Shown here: positions 32,834-50,608 of the stretch, piece after piece | Layout of the letters: the number at the start of each line of letters is the position of its first letter | How positions within the stretch are numbered: the first letter of the stretch is position 1 | Source of the DNA: the human T2T-CHM13v2.0 reference genome, Homo sapiens | Assembly: GCF_009914755.1 (NCBI RefSeq) | Contig: NC_060931.1 | Direction: 5' to 3' (one strand) | Length of the DNA: 64,000 nt | Notes under the pieces: model-generated | Seen by the model: only the letters and a program-made list of their open reading frames with translations | Databases searched by the model: none | Told to the model about the DNA's origin: nothing | Program-made: the position numbers and the translations under genes

Positions 32834-33388
32834 TGGTAACTGGTCTCACAAACAGATTTTTGTTTTCTCAAAATAATTCCTATGACATTGTTATTAAGTT
32901 TTGATTTGCTTAGGAAAACTGAAATTAAACTTTTAAAATTTAAGGTTATTACACCCATGTAACTTTCTGTATTGCTTTTATAGTCCTTATGCCATTAAGT
33001 TACAGGGCTGCTTCTCTTGGGTCTAAAAAGGACACCAAGTCCTGCCAAATCTTAAACACTGATGGCAGTTAAAGCCTCATCTTCAAACCTGGGAAAAGAG
33101 GACAATCAAAATAAACTGTGTTCATAAGACCCAGGGCCAGAAATTAAAACTATTCAAACCCTCTAAGCCCAGGGACTATCATGGAAGAGGTGGATGCATG
33201 AGATTGTAAAGGGGAGACACTTTCTGAGAGATAAAATTAATTCAGATTTTCTCTGTAAATTAAACATTAATATCAAAGGCACATTGATGCTACTAGACCT
33301 TGTCAAATTAACAAGGTTTTCTTGGAGCATTAAACCACTTCTTAATTTAAATAAACTAAAAAATGTTATAAAAAAAAAGGTTTATGGA

Positions 33389-33731
<343 letters not shown>

Positions 33732-34158
33732 TTAATAGATTTGTTTAAAACATATGAAAGACAGACTTGACTGGCCTCATGCCATCTTTATTAGGACTTG
33801 CTTACTGTTTGGGAAATTAAGTCTCCTCTCTGAAAGAATAAAGGTTTTTGCTTTAAAAAAATATTTGAGTTATCACTTTGGTCAAATGAATGACTTATTT
33901 TACAATGACCTGTGATCCTATTTAGTGATATCAAGAGTTTAAACTTTTAATATTCGTCAAAGTTTCCAAAATCATATTCTAAATTCAGTCCTTTTGACAT
34001 CATTTAATTTGTTTGATATTAAGTCCCCCAAAGTCCAAAAGAGACATATTTGGCTTACTTGGTATAATAAAATCATACAGGAAGCATTGTCAAATATGAA
34101 TTGATGTTTAACCTTCTTTGGATTATATTTATATAAATGTGTTAAAAGTATGTGTTCC

Positions 34159-37100
34159 CCCCACTGTCAATATTAGCCAGATCAATGAGACACAAGATTA
34201 ATAGGGATATCCAGGACTTGAACTCAACTCTACACCAAGCAGACCTAAAAGACATCTACAGAACTCTCCACTCCAAATCAATAGAATATACATTCTTCTC
34301 AGCACCACATCGCACTTATTCCAAAATTGACCACATAGTTGGAAGTAAAGCACTCCTCAGCAAATGTAAAAGAACAGAAATCACAACAAAGTGTCTCTCA
34401 GATGACAGTACAATCAAATTAGAACTCAGGATTAAGAAACTTACTCAAAACCACACAACTACATGGAAGCTGAACAACCTGCTCCTGAATGACTACTGGG
34501 TAAATAATGAAACAAAGGCAAAAATAAAGATGTTCTTTGAAACCAATGAGAACAAGAACACAACGTACCAGAATCTCTGGGACGCATTCAAAGCAGTGTG
34601 TAGAAGGAAATTTATAGCACTAAATGCCCACAAGAGGAAGCAGGAAAGATCTAAAATTGACACCCTAACATCACAATTAAAAGAACTAGAGAAGCAAGAG
34701 CAAATACATTCAAAAGCTAGCAGAAGGCAAGAAATAACTAATATCAGAGCAGAACTGAAGGAGATAGAGACATAAAAAACCCTTCAAAAAAATCAGTGAA
34801 TCCAGGAGCTGGTTTTTTGAAAAGATCAACAAAATTGATAGATCACTAGCAAGACTAATAAAGAAGAAAAGAGAGAAGAATCAAATAGATGCAATAAAAA
34901 ATGATACAGGGAATATCACCACTGATCCCACAGAAATATAAACTACCATCAGAGAATACTATAAACACCTCTATGCAAACAAACTAGAAAATCTAGAAGA
35001 AATGGATAAATTCTTGGACAAATCCACCCTTCCAAGACTAAACCAGGAAGAAGATGAATCTCTGAATAGACAAGTAACAGGCTCTGAAATTGAGGCAATA
35101 ATTAATAGCCTACCAACCAAAAAGAGTCCAGGACCAGATGGATTCACAGACAAATTCTGCCAGAGGTACAAAGAGGAGCTGGTACCATTCCTTCTGAAAC
35201 TATTCCAATCAACAGAAAAAGAGGGAATCCTCCTTAACTCATTTTATGAGGCCGGCATCATCTTGATACCAAAGCCTGGCAGAGACACAACAAAAAAAGA
35301 GAATTTTAGACCAATATCCCTGATGAGCATCAATGCAAAAATCCTCAATAAAATACTGGCAAACCGAATCCTGCAGCACATCAAAAAGCTTATCCATCAC
35401 GATCAAGTCGGCTTCATCCTTGGGATGCAAGGCTGGTTCAACATATGCAAATCAATAAACATAATCCATTGCATAAACAGAACCAATGACAAAAACCACA
35501 TGATTATCTCAATAGATGCAGAAAAGGCCTTCAACAAAATTCAACAGCCCTTCATGCTAAAAACTCTCAATAAACTGGGTATTGATGGAACATATCTCAA
35601 AATAATAAGAGCTATTTATGACAAACCCATAGCCAATATCATACTGAATGGGCAAAAACTGGAAGCATTCCCTTTGAAAACTGGCACAAGACAGTGATGC
35701 CCTCTCCCACTACTCCTATTCAACACAGTGTTGGAAGTTCTGGCCAAGGCAATCAGGCAAGAGAAAGAAATAAAGGGTATTCAATTAGGAAAAGAGGAAG
35801 TGAAATTGTCTCTGTTTGCAGATGACATCATTGTATATTTAGAAAACCCCATCGTCTCAGCCCCAAATCTCCTTAAGCTGATAAGCAACTTCAGAAAAGT
35901 CTCAGGATACAAAATCAATGTGCAAAAATCACAAGCATTCCTATACACCAATAACAGACAAACAGAGAGCCAAATCATGAGTGAACTCCCATTCACAATT
36001 GCTACAAAGAGAATAAAATACCAAGGAATCCAACTTACAAGGGATGTGAAGGACCTCTTCCAGGAGAATTACAAACCAGTGCTCAACGAAATAAAAGAGG
36101 ACACAAACAAATGGAAGAACATTCCGTGCTCATGGTTAGGAAGAATGAACATCGTGAAAATGGCCATACTGCCCAAGGTAATTTATAGATTCAATGCCAT
36201 CCCCATCAAGCTATCAATGACTTTCCTCACAGAATTGGAAAAAACTACTTTAAAGTTCGTATGGAAACAAAAAGGAGCCCACATTGCCAAGACAATCCTA
36301 AGCAAAAACAACAAAGCTGGAGGCATCATGCTACCTGACTTCAAACTATACTACAAGGCTACAGTAACCAAAACAGCATGGTACTGGTACCAAAACAGAG
36401 AGATAGACCAATGGAACAGAACAGAGCCCTCAGAAATAATACCACACATCTACAACCATCTGATCTTTGACAAACCTGACAAAAACAAGAAATGGGGAAA
36501 GGATTCCCTATTTAATAAATGGTGCTGGGAACACTGGCTAGCCATATGTAGAAAGCTGAAACTAGATCCCTTCCTTACACCTTATACAAAAATTAATTCA
36601 AGATGGATTAAAGACTTAAATGTTAGACCTAAAACCATAAAAACTCTAGCAGGACACCTAGGCAATACCATTCGGGACATAGGCTTGGGCAAGGACTTCA
36701 TGACTAAAACACCAAAAGCAATGGCAACAAAAGCCAAAATAGACAAATGGGATCTAATTAAACTAAAGAGCTTCTGCACAGCAAAAGAAACGGCCATCAG
36801 AGTGAATAGGCAACCTACAGAATGGGAGAAAATTTTTACAATCTACCCATCTGACACAGGGCTAATACCCAGAATCTACAAAGAACTTAAACAAATTTAC
36901 AAGAGAAAACAAACAGCCCATCAAGAACTGAGCAAAGGATATGAACAGATGTTTCTCAAAAGAAGACATTTATGCAGCCAACAGACACATGAAAAAATGC
37001 TCATCATCACTGGCCATCAGAGAAATGCAAATCAAAACCACAATGAGATACCAGCTCACACCAGTTAGAATGTGATCATTAAAAAGTCAGGAAACAACAG

Positions 37101-37752
37101 ATGCTGGAGAGGATGTGGAGAAATAGGAAAGCTTTTACACTGCTGGTGGGACTGTAACCTAGTTCAACCATTGTGGAAGACAGTGTGGCCATTCCTCAAG
37201 GATCTAGAACTAGAAATACCATTTGACCCAGCCATCCCATTACTGGGTATATACCCAAAGGATTATAAATCATGCTGCTATAAAGACACATGCACACGTA
37301 TGTTTATTGCAGCACTATTCACAACAGCAAAGACTTGGAACCAACCAAATGTCCATCAATGATAGACTGGATTAAGAAAATGTGGCACATATACACCATG
37401 GAATACTATGCAGCCATAAAAAAGGATGAGTTCATGTCCTCTGTAGGGACATGGATGAAGCTGGAAACCATCATTCTGAGCAAACTATCACAAGGACAGA
37501 AAACCAAACACCGCATGTTCTCACTTATAGGTGGGAATTGAACAATGAGAACACTTGGACACAGGGCAGGGAACATCACACACCAGGGCCTTTCGTGGGG
37601 TGGGGGGCAGGGGGAGGGATAGCATTAGGAGAAATACCTAATGTAAATGACAAGTTAATGGGTGCAGCAAACCAACATGGCACATGTCTACCTATGTAAC
37701 AAACCTGCACGTTGTGCACATGTACCCTAGAACTTAAAGTATAATTTTAAAA
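34159..37752 (+). mobile_element. L1PA (about L1PA5-6), 5'-truncated, ORF2 broken into several ORFs
   Basis: ORFs 34152-34775, 35002-35697 and 35728-37068 are ORF2p EN/RT pieces ([16 protein letters not shown]); L1 3' UTR; perfect TSD AAAAGTATGTGTTCC. Confidence 0.97.
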
Positions 37753-38983
37753 AAAAGTATGTGTTCCAAAACATATACTTTTGTGTGATATTCCTGTGAT
37801 TCTGATATGTCTTAGTGTATTAGTACTAATTATGATTATTATGTAAAATTGTTGTATGCCACAGAAGTAACCAAATTTCTTTGTCAATTGTATCTTTAAC
37901 CATAGCTGTTCTAAGATTTTTGTCATTCATAATTGTTGTTTTACTCTGCTACTTTTATAAGGCAGTTTATAATCAGCTATAGAACTCTGAGGAGTACTCT
38001 TAAATATACATTTCTGATAACTTTAGAGATTGTTCCATTGAAATAAAGAGGAAAACTTACAGGACTTTCATGGAGAGCTGATGAATTCATGAGGTTTGCT
38101 AATCCAATACCAGGAAGAACAGGAGTTAATTGCATGGGCTGAACTAATAGAAGACTGAAATAATGTTTTATGACTTTTTGTGTAAAACGTTTGCTTATTC
38201 TCTTATTTTTCAGTTAAGAGAACTTTTTCTTCTTTTAAGCTATTTACAGCTCTTAACAATTGAGTAAAGTATACTCTTATGAGCAAAATTTAAAACATAA
38301 TTCCTTTCTCTCACTGAATTTCTACAAATTTTGGAACTATTAAGTGAATATTCTTAATATATGATAATATAGTTATTTGCATAATTTTAGTAACAGTCTG
38401 TTTTCTTTTATAACAGAGCATAATTTGAGTCACTGATTATTTTACCAAGGCTTTGACTGGGATGACATTTTCAGATTGCCTTGAGAAAATGAGGCTGATC
38501 TATAGAGCCAATAAAACACCCTCGGAAAAATTGGCCTAATATTTTGTCCTTTACAGGGTCCTGACCTGTGGATATGCAAAGAACGTCACTTTCTTCCTTT
38601 TCTGAAGCAGGTTAAAGAAAAAAAAAGAATGACACTTTCTGGCAGGCCCAGGAACCCTAAGTTTTCTTGGGACCTTAAAAAGAGGAATTCACCCAATTCA
38701 CACAGGCATTTGCAGGCACAGGTAAATCCTTGGCTAGGCTCCAGGCTTTTAAAAAGGTCTAATCTTAGATTCCTTATGAAAAAGGTTCTAGCAAAGCAAA
38801 TTGTTTAAAAAGGATTAGGGATAAAAGTCTTTAAGGTTAAAAAAAAGAAATGTAAAAAAGAGAGACAGAGGGCCTATAGGGCAAATGCTTATTCTTGCTG
38901 CACTTTATGCAAATAATTAAGCCAAATGTAATAGGACTAAAACTTACTTTACAAATAAGTTAGTCCTACTGAACTAATGCTTG

Positions 38984-39140
38984 GACTTCCGCTTCTGGCC
39001 AAGATAGAATAACAGGGACTATAGTTAACCTTCTCCCTGGAACAATCTAACAAACCAGACAAAATATATAAAAACATTTTTTTAAGATGCTGAATATTAG
39101 ACAATGAAAGACAGTGATCCCAGAGAGAATAGCATGAAAT
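38984..39140 (+). mobile_element. Old L1M 5'-end fragment
   Basis: GACTTCCGCTTCTGGCCAAGATAGAATAACAGGGAC...CAAACCAGACAAAATATAT. Confidence 0.6.
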
Positions 39141-39612
39141 ACTGTATTTCTCTTTTGAATAAAAACTGATTTGTAAAAATATTAGAATTATATCAGTTTT
39201 CTTGTTGTTGACCTGAATTTAAATTTTTTTTAACGTAGATATTTTCATTTCCAGGTGTGTTTTTCTCATTTCAGTGATATTCTAGCAGAGTGCAAATCTT
39301 GTTGCCCAATATACTTGAAAATAGACGTTTTCACAACGACTATGATACTCACCTTAATTTATCTATTGGTAATTGCAAAATGGTAATATCATAATTCTTA
39401 CATTTATCAGTTGCATTCTTCAGAAAATAAGAGTTTTTCCTCACCAAGTGTAAATAAACTGTGTTACAAAACTCAGGATGAAAATGTAATCATTCGTACT
39501 TAACTGTCAGTTTTTGGAATGGGAGTAGACATAATAATTGCCTGCAGTGGTAGTCTGTGAAGGGCTTTTATTCTTTTTTCTTTCAGTTCTTAATTTTTTA
39601 AAAATAATTGTA

Positions 39613-39780
39613 TTAGCTGGGCGTGGTGGGCATGCACCTGCAGACCTAGCTACTGAAGAGGCTGAGGCAGGAGGATCACTTGAGCCTAGGAGTTCGAAGC
39701 TACACTGAGCTATGATCACACCACTGCACTCCAGCCTGGGCAACAGAACGAGAACCTGTCTATAAATAAATAAACAATAA
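39613..39780 (+). mobile_element. Alu right monomer (FRAM/AluJ)
   Basis: TTAGCTGGGCGTGGTGG...(TAAA)n. Confidence 0.85.
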
Positions 39781-40660
39781 TTCTAGACTCATGAATTTTA
39801 TTTACTCGAAGTTTTATAATCACTATTTTTAAAATAATCAAATTGTCCCAAATTGGACTAGCAAGAGCTCCAGCAAACTGACCTCTGTGTCCTTTTGATT
39901 CATTTCAGTTCTTTTTGAGCACTTTCTTCCCTTTGGCACATCCAGAAAGGCAAGTTCACCCGTCCTTTCTCTGCCCCAGTCCATATCCAGTCATAGCTCT
40001 AAAGAGCCTTAATTTCCTGGAATATAGAAAGGTATTTAGACACTGAGATCTGAGCTCTAGGAGGGCTCACTACTAAGCTATCATTGCTTTTAGGTGGCTT
40101 CAGTGTGAAGAATATATGAATACCTTCTTAACTTGATTTTATATTGATATATCCAACTCAAATTTGATATGACATGGCATGATTTTATGTTTATAGCTCT
40201 TTGACACTTTAAATCTTGATTCCTAATAACTTTAAGATATTTATGTATTTATTTACTTGCTTTATCTTACAACAAAGATAAAAACATTTTCAAAATTCTG
40301 CCCTGATGATCTTAGGTTGAGAAAAAAAAAGTTTCAAAATTACAGTACCAATATCACTATAGGCACTGAACCACCACACCAGGCTAATTGTTTTACTTTT
40401 TGTAAAGATGAGATCTTGCTATGTTACCCAGCCTGGCCGCAAGCAATCCTCCCACTTCAGCCTCTCAAACCTTTTAGTTCTAATGGCTTTGAACTTCAGA
40501 GAAAGGATATCTTACTATTTGTTCTTTTCTGGACTCCATTTTTTAAACTCTATATTGCATTCCTGAGATTTGTGCATGTTGTTTTGTGAAACTGTTGTTT
40601 ACTCATTTTCAATGAGGTGTACTATTCCATTGTGTAAATATACTACAAGTCACTTATCTT

Positions 40661-40885
40661 CCTCTGTCACCCAGGCTAGAGTGCAGTGTCATGATCATAG
40701 CCCACTGTAAACTCAAACTCCTGGTCTCAAGCAATCCTCCCACCTCAGTCTCCCAAGTAGCTGGGTTATAGGTATGCAACACCACACCCAGCTAATTACT
40801 TTATTTTTTGTACTGGCTGGTCTCGAACTCCTGAGTGGCCTCCCAAAAGTGCTGGGATTACAGGCGTGAGCCACCGTGCTTGGCT
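40661..40885 (-). mobile_element. Deleted or chimeric AluJ
   Basis: Right arm joined to a left-arm piece that is duplicated at 48020. Confidence 0.75.
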
Positions 40886-42190
40886 AATTTTCTAAATTTT
40901 TTTCTAATGTGACTTTTGCATATGTTGTATGTGATTCGCTTCCTTTTCATCTTGCCTTGTTTTCCTTTCAACATCTTTACACGGGGATTGATGTGATTCT
41001 TTTCTGTTGTTCATCTTTCAATGAGATGTGCCAAGTAGTTATTAATTTCAGACAAAGCCAACTTCAGAACAAGGAAAATGACCCAGAATAAAGAAGGACA
41101 TTACATAATAATAGAGGAGTCAGTTATTCAAGAAGACATAATTTCTAACGTGTGTGCACCTAGCAACAAAGCATCAAAATATACAAGGCAAAAACTGATA
41201 AACTGCAAAGAGAAACAGATGAATCCACTATTACATGTGAATACTTCCATGCCCCTTTGGAGTAACTAATGGATCCTGTGGGCTGAAAATCAGTAAGGAC
41301 ATAGTCGAGCTGAACAGCAGCACCAAACAACGGGATCTAATTGACATCTATAGAATATGTCATCTAGCGACAGAGGAATCCATATTCTTTTCAAGTTCAC
41401 ACACAACATTGACTATGATATAAGACCACATTCTGGGCCATAAAACACACCTTAGCAATCAGAAATTATACAAAGTATCCTCTCAGATTACAATGGAATT
41501 AAACCAGAAATCAAATCAGAAAGATAGCTGGAAAACCCCCAAAACCCCCGAAATACTTCAGCTTAAACAATCCAATTTTAAATAAACATAGGTTAAAGAA
41601 GTCTCTAGATAAATTTTAAAATATTTTGAAATAAATTAAAATGAAAATACAACTTATCAAAATGCGTAGGATACAGTGAAAGCAATACTTTTACAGGAAT
41701 GTATAGCATTGATAGCATTGAATGTGTACACCAGGAAAGAAGGAAGACTTCTGATTTTAAAATGGCAGCATAGAAGCAAGCTGGCTTCATTGCCCTCCTA
41801 CAGAAAACCAAAAAATATATAGAGAGCATTGAGATTTTTACCAGCAACAATTCAGAACTCAAACATGAAGAGAGATACCAGATCCACAAAAAAGTAAAAA
41901 ATTCCAAACTGATAGTAGGAGAATCAGACTTTCATATACCTGATACCGCATCTCCTCATTCTGCCCAGCAACCTGCATGTGAAAAATCTTTCCTCAACCA
42001 ACAGTTTCTACACTAGAAAAAGTGAGATTGAGGTGGTCAACCAGCTTTCTCACCGCAGTTACCAATATCAGAAATTAAAGAGGGGCCATCACTACTAATT
42101 CCACAGACATTAAAAAAAAATGCAATGAATAATCTATGTCCACCTATTTGAAAACCTAGATAAAATAGACCAGTTCCTTGAATGGCACAG

Positions 42191-43870
<1,680 letters not shown>

Positions 43871-44437
43871 AGGACACAACCCAAACTAACATACATAAAG
43901 TAGATAATCTGAAAAGGCCTATATTTATTTTAAAAACTGAATCAGTAATTAACCTTCCAAAACAGGAAATACAGACCAAGATGATTTCACTGGTGGATTC
44001 TACCAAATATTAAAAAAAAATTATATTGGTTATTTACAGTTTCTTGCAGTAAATAGAACCAGAGAGAAAACTTCCTAATTCATTCTATGAGGTCACATTA
44101 CCCTAATACCAGAGAGTGACACTACAAGTAAGAACTACAGACCAGTATGTCTCGTGAACATAAATGCAAATATCCTCAGTAAAACATTAGCAAATCAAAT
44201 CCAACAATGTATTAAAAAAATACACCACAAATAATTGAGATTTATTCCAGGTATGCAAGGCTGATTCAATGTTTGAAAATCATTTAATGTAATTCATCAC
44301 ATCAACAGGCTAAAGAAGAAAAGACATATGGTCAGTCATATCAATAGATGCAGAAAAAGCATTTGACAAACAAACTATGACACCCACTCATGGTAAGAAC
44401 AACAAAAACAATCTAGAAAACTAGGAATAGGGAAAAC

Positions 44438-44928
44438 TGTTACCAAAATGACCTAGAGGTTTGGTGTACTCCTGCTGCTTGCTGCACAGAAAGTCAATCA
44501 CTGAAACAAGTATTGTGAGAAATGAAGCCTTTATTTGGGCTCTGCAGCCAAGGAGATGGGGGATCAGTCTCAAATCTGTCTTCCTGACCAATGAAACTTA
44601 GAGGTTTATATAGTAGAAATGTAACTACATGCAGGAAAACAAGAATTAGGGAGGGGTAAGGAAGAGAAGTTAGTCAGTGGGAAGCTGGTGGCTGGTTAGA
44701 CAATCATGATGGGTTAGGGGTCTGACAATTCATTGTCCAAATGCAGTGACCTGGTGAGTTTCAGTTCTTTGATATTATATGGGAGGTCTGATGATTAATT
44801 TCCTGAGAAGGGAGCTCAGATAAGACAAATATAACTTTCTCAAATTTCAAAACTGAGAGGATCAGTTTCTGCGTTTATTCAAAAGAAAGCATGAACATCA
44901 GTTCTGTGGGACAATTGGGTCAGTTTCA
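44438..44928 (-). mobile_element. MER66-type ERV1 solo LTR
   Basis: Minus strand begins TGAAACTGACCCAATTGTCCCACAGAACTGATG; TSD AAAC/AAAT. Confidence 0.8.
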
Positions 44929-45420
44929 AAATTTCCTAAACTCAATAAAGAAAAATTGAAGGAGATTTAAATAAATGGAGATATATTCCATGCACATGAA
45001 TAGGAAGACTCAATAATGTCAAAATGTAAGTTCCTCCCAACTTTATATATTCAACACAATCTCAATCAAAATCTCAACTCATTTTGTGAAAATCGACAAA
45101 CTAATCCTCAAGTTTATATAAAAAGCTGAAGACCTAGAATAGCCAACTGACATTATCTAACTTCAGGATTTACTATAAAGCTATTGTAATGAAGACAGTG
45201 TGGTATTGGTGAAAAAACAAATAGATCAATAGAACAGAATCAACAGACCAGAAACAGATCTATATAAATACAGTCAACTGATCTTTTATAAGGGAGCAAA
45301 GGCATTTCAATGGGGAAAAGATAGTCTTTTCAATTATTGGTGCTAGAACAACCAGACATCCAAAAACAAACAAACAAACAAACCAAAAGTACTAATCCAA
45401 AAACAAACAAACAAAAAGTA

Positions 45421-45580
45421 CTATAGCCCTAGTTACTCAAGAGCCTGAGGTGGAAGGATCACTTGAGCCCAGGAGTTGGAAGCTGCAGTGAGCTAAGTTC
45501 ATGCCACTGAACTCTAGCCTGGGTAACAGGGTGAAACCTTATCTCTTAAAACAAAACAAACAAAACAAAACAAAACAAAA
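45421..45580 (+). mobile_element. Alu right-arm fragment
   Basis: CTGAGGTGGAAGGATCACTTGAGCCCAGG...(CAAAA)n. Confidence 0.8.
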
Positions 45581-46243
45581 CTGGATCTGAACATGGACTT
45601 TACACCTTTCATAAAAATTAACTCAAAATGGATCATAGAACTATAAATGTAAAACACAAAATTATAAAACTTCTAGATTATAAAATAAGAGAAAATCTAG
45701 GTGACCTTGGGTTTGACAGTGAATTTTTTGATACAACACCAAAAGCATGGCCCATGAAAGGAAAAAATTAATAAGTAGAACTTCAGTAAAATTTAAAACT
45801 TCTGCTTCAAGAAAGATACTGTTAAGAGACTGAAAAAACACAAACTGGCAGAAAATATTTGCAAAACATATCTGATAAAGGACTGGTATCTAAAATATAT
45901 GAAGAACTCTTAAACTAAACAATAAGAAAACAACCCAGTTTTAAAATGGGCAAAAGATCTGAATAGACACCTCACCAAAAAAGATACACAGATGGTAAAT
46001 AAGCATATGAAAAGATGCTCAACATCGTATGTCATTAAAGAATTTCAAATTTAAACATTGAGATACCACTACATACCTACTAAAATCACTAATTCATGTG
46101 ATATATGATATAAAATCTAACAATTTTTGTCTGATCTCTAAACTACCTGTACCTTACAAAAATCAAAGGCAGAGGGTTAATTCAATCCTCTTTTGTAAGG
46201 ATTGTAGCAATCCTTTTGTAAGCCAAAACCAAAGAGATTGCTA

Positions 46244-46629
<386 letters not shown>

Positions 46630-46996
46630 TCAATAAAACAAAATGCGTAGCCCAAAAATAGACCCACAAATATAGTGGTCTTTGTTGAAGAAGCAAGGCA
46701 GCCTGGGCAACAAAGTGAGACCTCTACTTTAAATAAATAAATAAATAGAATTTCAATTTATGTATGTTTTGTGCCTGTCTTTATCACTCAGCCTAATGAT
46801 TTTGAGATTCCTCCACGTTGTGGCACATACAAGTAGTTTATATTCCTTCTTACTCCCTGGTAGCATTTGCTTGCTTGTATATGCCACAGTTTGTTTCTCC
46901 ATTGACCTGTTGATGGACTTTTGTGCTGCTTCCAGTTTGGGACTCACAAAGAAATCTGTTACGAACATCAGTGTACAAGTCTTTGTGTAGACATAC

Positions 46997-47714
46997 TGTG
47001 TCCAGAATTGGTTCCTTCTGGTGGGTTCTTGTTCTCGCTGACTTCAAGAATGAAGCCACGGACCCTCGTGGTGAGTGTTACAGTTCTTAAAGATGGTGTG
47101 TCCAGAGTTTGTTCCTTCAGATGTTCAGATGTGTCCAGAATTTCTTCCTTCCAGTGGGTTCGTGGTCTCGCTGACTTCAGGAATGAAGCCACAGACCCTC
47201 ATGGTGAGTGTTACAGCTCATAAAGGTAGTGCAGACCCAAAGAGTGAGCAGCAGCAAGATTTATTGTGAGGAGCAAAAGAACAAAGCTTCCACAGTGTGG
47301 AAGGGGACCCAGGTGGATTGCTGTTGCTGGCTCGGGTGGCCAGCTTTTATTCCCTTATTTGGCCCTGCCCACGTCCTGCTGATTGGTCCATTTTACAGAG
47401 TGCTGATTGGTCCATTTTACAGAGTGCTGATTGGTGCGTTTACAAGCCTTTAACTAGACACAGAGTGCTGATTGGTGCGTTTTTACAGAGTACTGATTGG
47501 TGCGTTTACAATCCTTTAGCTAGACACAGAGCACTGATTGGTGCATTTTTACAGAGTGCTGATTGGTTCATTTACAATCCTCTAGCTAGACACAGAGTGC
47601 TGACTGGTGCATTTTTACAGAGTGCTGATTGGTGCATTTACAATCCTCTAGCTAGACAGAAAAGTTCTCCAAGTCCCCACTCGACCCAGGAAGTCTGGCT
47701 GGCTTCACCTCTCA
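46997..47714 (-). mobile_element. LTR12 (ERV9) solo LTR
   Basis: TGTGTCCAGAATTGGTTCCTTC...GACTTCAAGAATGAAGCC...GGCTTCACCTCTCA; TSD ATAC/ACAC. Confidence 0.95.
47378..47660 (-). promoter_or_regulatory. LTR12 U3 tandem CCAAT (NF-Y) box array
   Basis: Eight CTGATTGG repeats plus one mutated CTGACTGG. Confidence 0.8.
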
Positions 47715-47802
47715 ACACGTTTTGGTGAGCAGGTGGTTCACAGAGAGAAACTATAAATAATCAAAAACAAGTTTTAAAAGACATAAAATTTGAAACACAA
47801 TC

Positions 47803-48121
<319 letters not shown>

Positions 48122-48599
48122 TGACTTTTCCATTTGTTGTATGTGATTCACTTCCTTTTCATCTTGCCTTGTTTTCCTTTCAGCATATTTATATGGGGCT
48201 TGAATGTAATTCTTTTCTGTTGTTCATCTTTAAATGAGATGTGTCTTCTCATTTAAAGAATGACAAGACATTCATTCTTGTGGGCTCCCCATAAAGCCAT
48301 TTCCACAATTTTGAGATCTGCTTCCTCTGGACCCATTCCACCAGCAGTTGAAACATTTTTCTCTCTCACTCTCCCTTTCCGCTCCTAAGTACGCTCTTAT
48401 TTTCTGTTGTGCTCTAGGCAGCCTTTTCCATAAAATATGCTTCTGTGCAATTTAAATGAGTTTTTCCTGGGTATTTCCGAGTTCCTTGAATGAGGCTGCC
48501 TCAGGACTTGCTGATCTCCTACAGCCTCTTAGAGAGTACTCATGGACTTTTGGTGCTCACCTACATATTGGATCCTCCTTCCAACTCACTGATACTTTT

Positions 48600-48821
48600 T
48601 TTTTTTGAAACAGATGAAATTAATTTTATTAATATATTTTGTTTAGCCCAATACATCACAAAATTATTTTCAACATGTAGTCAACATAAAACATTGTTAG
48701 TGAGATATTTTACCTTCTATTCCCCCAATCTTCAAAATCCAGTCTGTATTTTATTCTTGCAGCACATCTCAATTTGTCTTGCCAAATTTCATGGCCAGTG
48801 GCTACTGTATTGGATAACATA
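48600..48821. mobile_element. MER33/MER3-like hAT fragment
   Basis: GAAACAGATGAAATTAATTTT...CAGCACATCTCAATTTG...GTGGCTACTGTATTGGA. Confidence 0.75.
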
Positions 48822-49589
48822 GATGGATCCACGCCAAGAAATATCTGTTCCGGGTATTGCCAGCACACTTGATGAGCCCTCAAAGCCCTCACTCCAATCC
48901 CAATATTGCCTCAGAACCCTGGTCTTTCATATGAGAAATGACTTCAAATACACAAAACCTTCTGGGATGGCACCAAACCCAATTGGATTCTGGAAAATAC
49001 AAAGACAGGCCACTATATAGGATTTATGTTTTGATCTGTGGACTGATGTTAACTTGAGGATGCAAAACAACAGACCCAACTCAAAATCAAGAAATGCCTG
49101 GCATTCATTTACAGGGAAGCTGGGTGGCTGTCCTGTGCTTAAGAAAACAGCTACCATTACTGAGAGTGTCATGGTCTTCCTCTAGCGTCCTTAGGAGCCA
49201 CTTTTGTATTTTGATAGACAGAGAAAGAAGTTGGACAACTTTTCTTAAACAGAAAGGATATTTTTAAATTTCCTAAAACACCTGTTAATATCTGTAATCA
49301 AAACGATAGCTGAAATAACTCATTAGGACCTCATTGCATTTTTGTTGTGCTAAAGATTTAGATAATAGCAGCATCAGATGAAATAAACTTTTACCCACTT
49401 TAATGGAACTTATGTATGGCCAAGTGCTTTTGAATTCCTATAAGGTGAAACAGAGTACATCAGAGAGTACCATTTGCATAGAATAATGTCACACATGAAG
49501 CCAGATTACATTTGTTAGATGATTTGTAGTTTTAGTATCTGTCACAGTAAGTCCTATTACCCATATCTCTGAATGAAAGCTCATGCTAA

Positions 49590-49897
49590 CTTTTTGTTTT
49601 TTGTGTGTTTTTTTTTTTTTTTTGAGATGGAGTCTTGCTCTGTCACCCAGGTTGGAGTGCAATTGTGCTCACTGCAACCTGCGCCTCCTGGGTTCAAGTG
49701 ATTCTCCTTGCCTCAGCCTCCTGAGTAGCTGGGATTACAGGTGCCTGCCACCATATCCAGCTAATTTTTGTATTTTTAGTAGAGACAGGGTTTCACCATG
49801 TTGTCCAGGCTGGTCTTGAACTCCTGACCTCAGGTGATCCACATGCTTCAGCCTCCCAAAATGCTGGGATTACAGGTGTGAGCCACTGCACCCAGCC
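49590..49897 (-). mobile_element. AluSx
   Basis: Reverse dimer. Confidence 0.92.
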
Positions 49898-50208
49898 AAT
49901 TTTTGCTCTCTTTTATCTCCATCATATTTTTAAAAAATTACCATCTATCTACTATTAAACATTACAGGAATATGTAACTTAAAAGTGAAAATTCCCTGTA
50001 ATGTTATTTGTTTATATTCTTCCAGATTTTTCTATGTATACTCATTTTTCTCTAAATTGAATTCATAAATTCATATTTCAATATTAATTATATTTGTGAA
50101 AGTTACCCTTCTCAAAGGCAACCACTACTACCAGTTTCTTCTGTATTTTTTCTAAAGATAGTCTATGTAAAGAACTCCATATAAATCTTTTTTTTTTAAT
50201 GGTATTAT

Positions 50209-50608
<400 letters not shown>

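Noticed and set aside
34152-37362. Longest ORFs in the window (207, 231, 446 aa) as a novel reverse-transcriptase gene
   Set aside because: They are consecutive broken pieces of L1 ORF2p in a 5'-truncated element with no promoter or ORF1.
47297-47728. 143-aa repetitive ORF (LQSADW repeats) and a CRISPR-like repeat array
   Set aside because: This is the LTR12 U3 CCAAT tandem repeat read antisense. It has no unique spacers and the context is eukaryotic.
48830-49585. Unique-looking segment with 60-80 aa ORFs
   Set aside because: No motif or homology that I can recognise.
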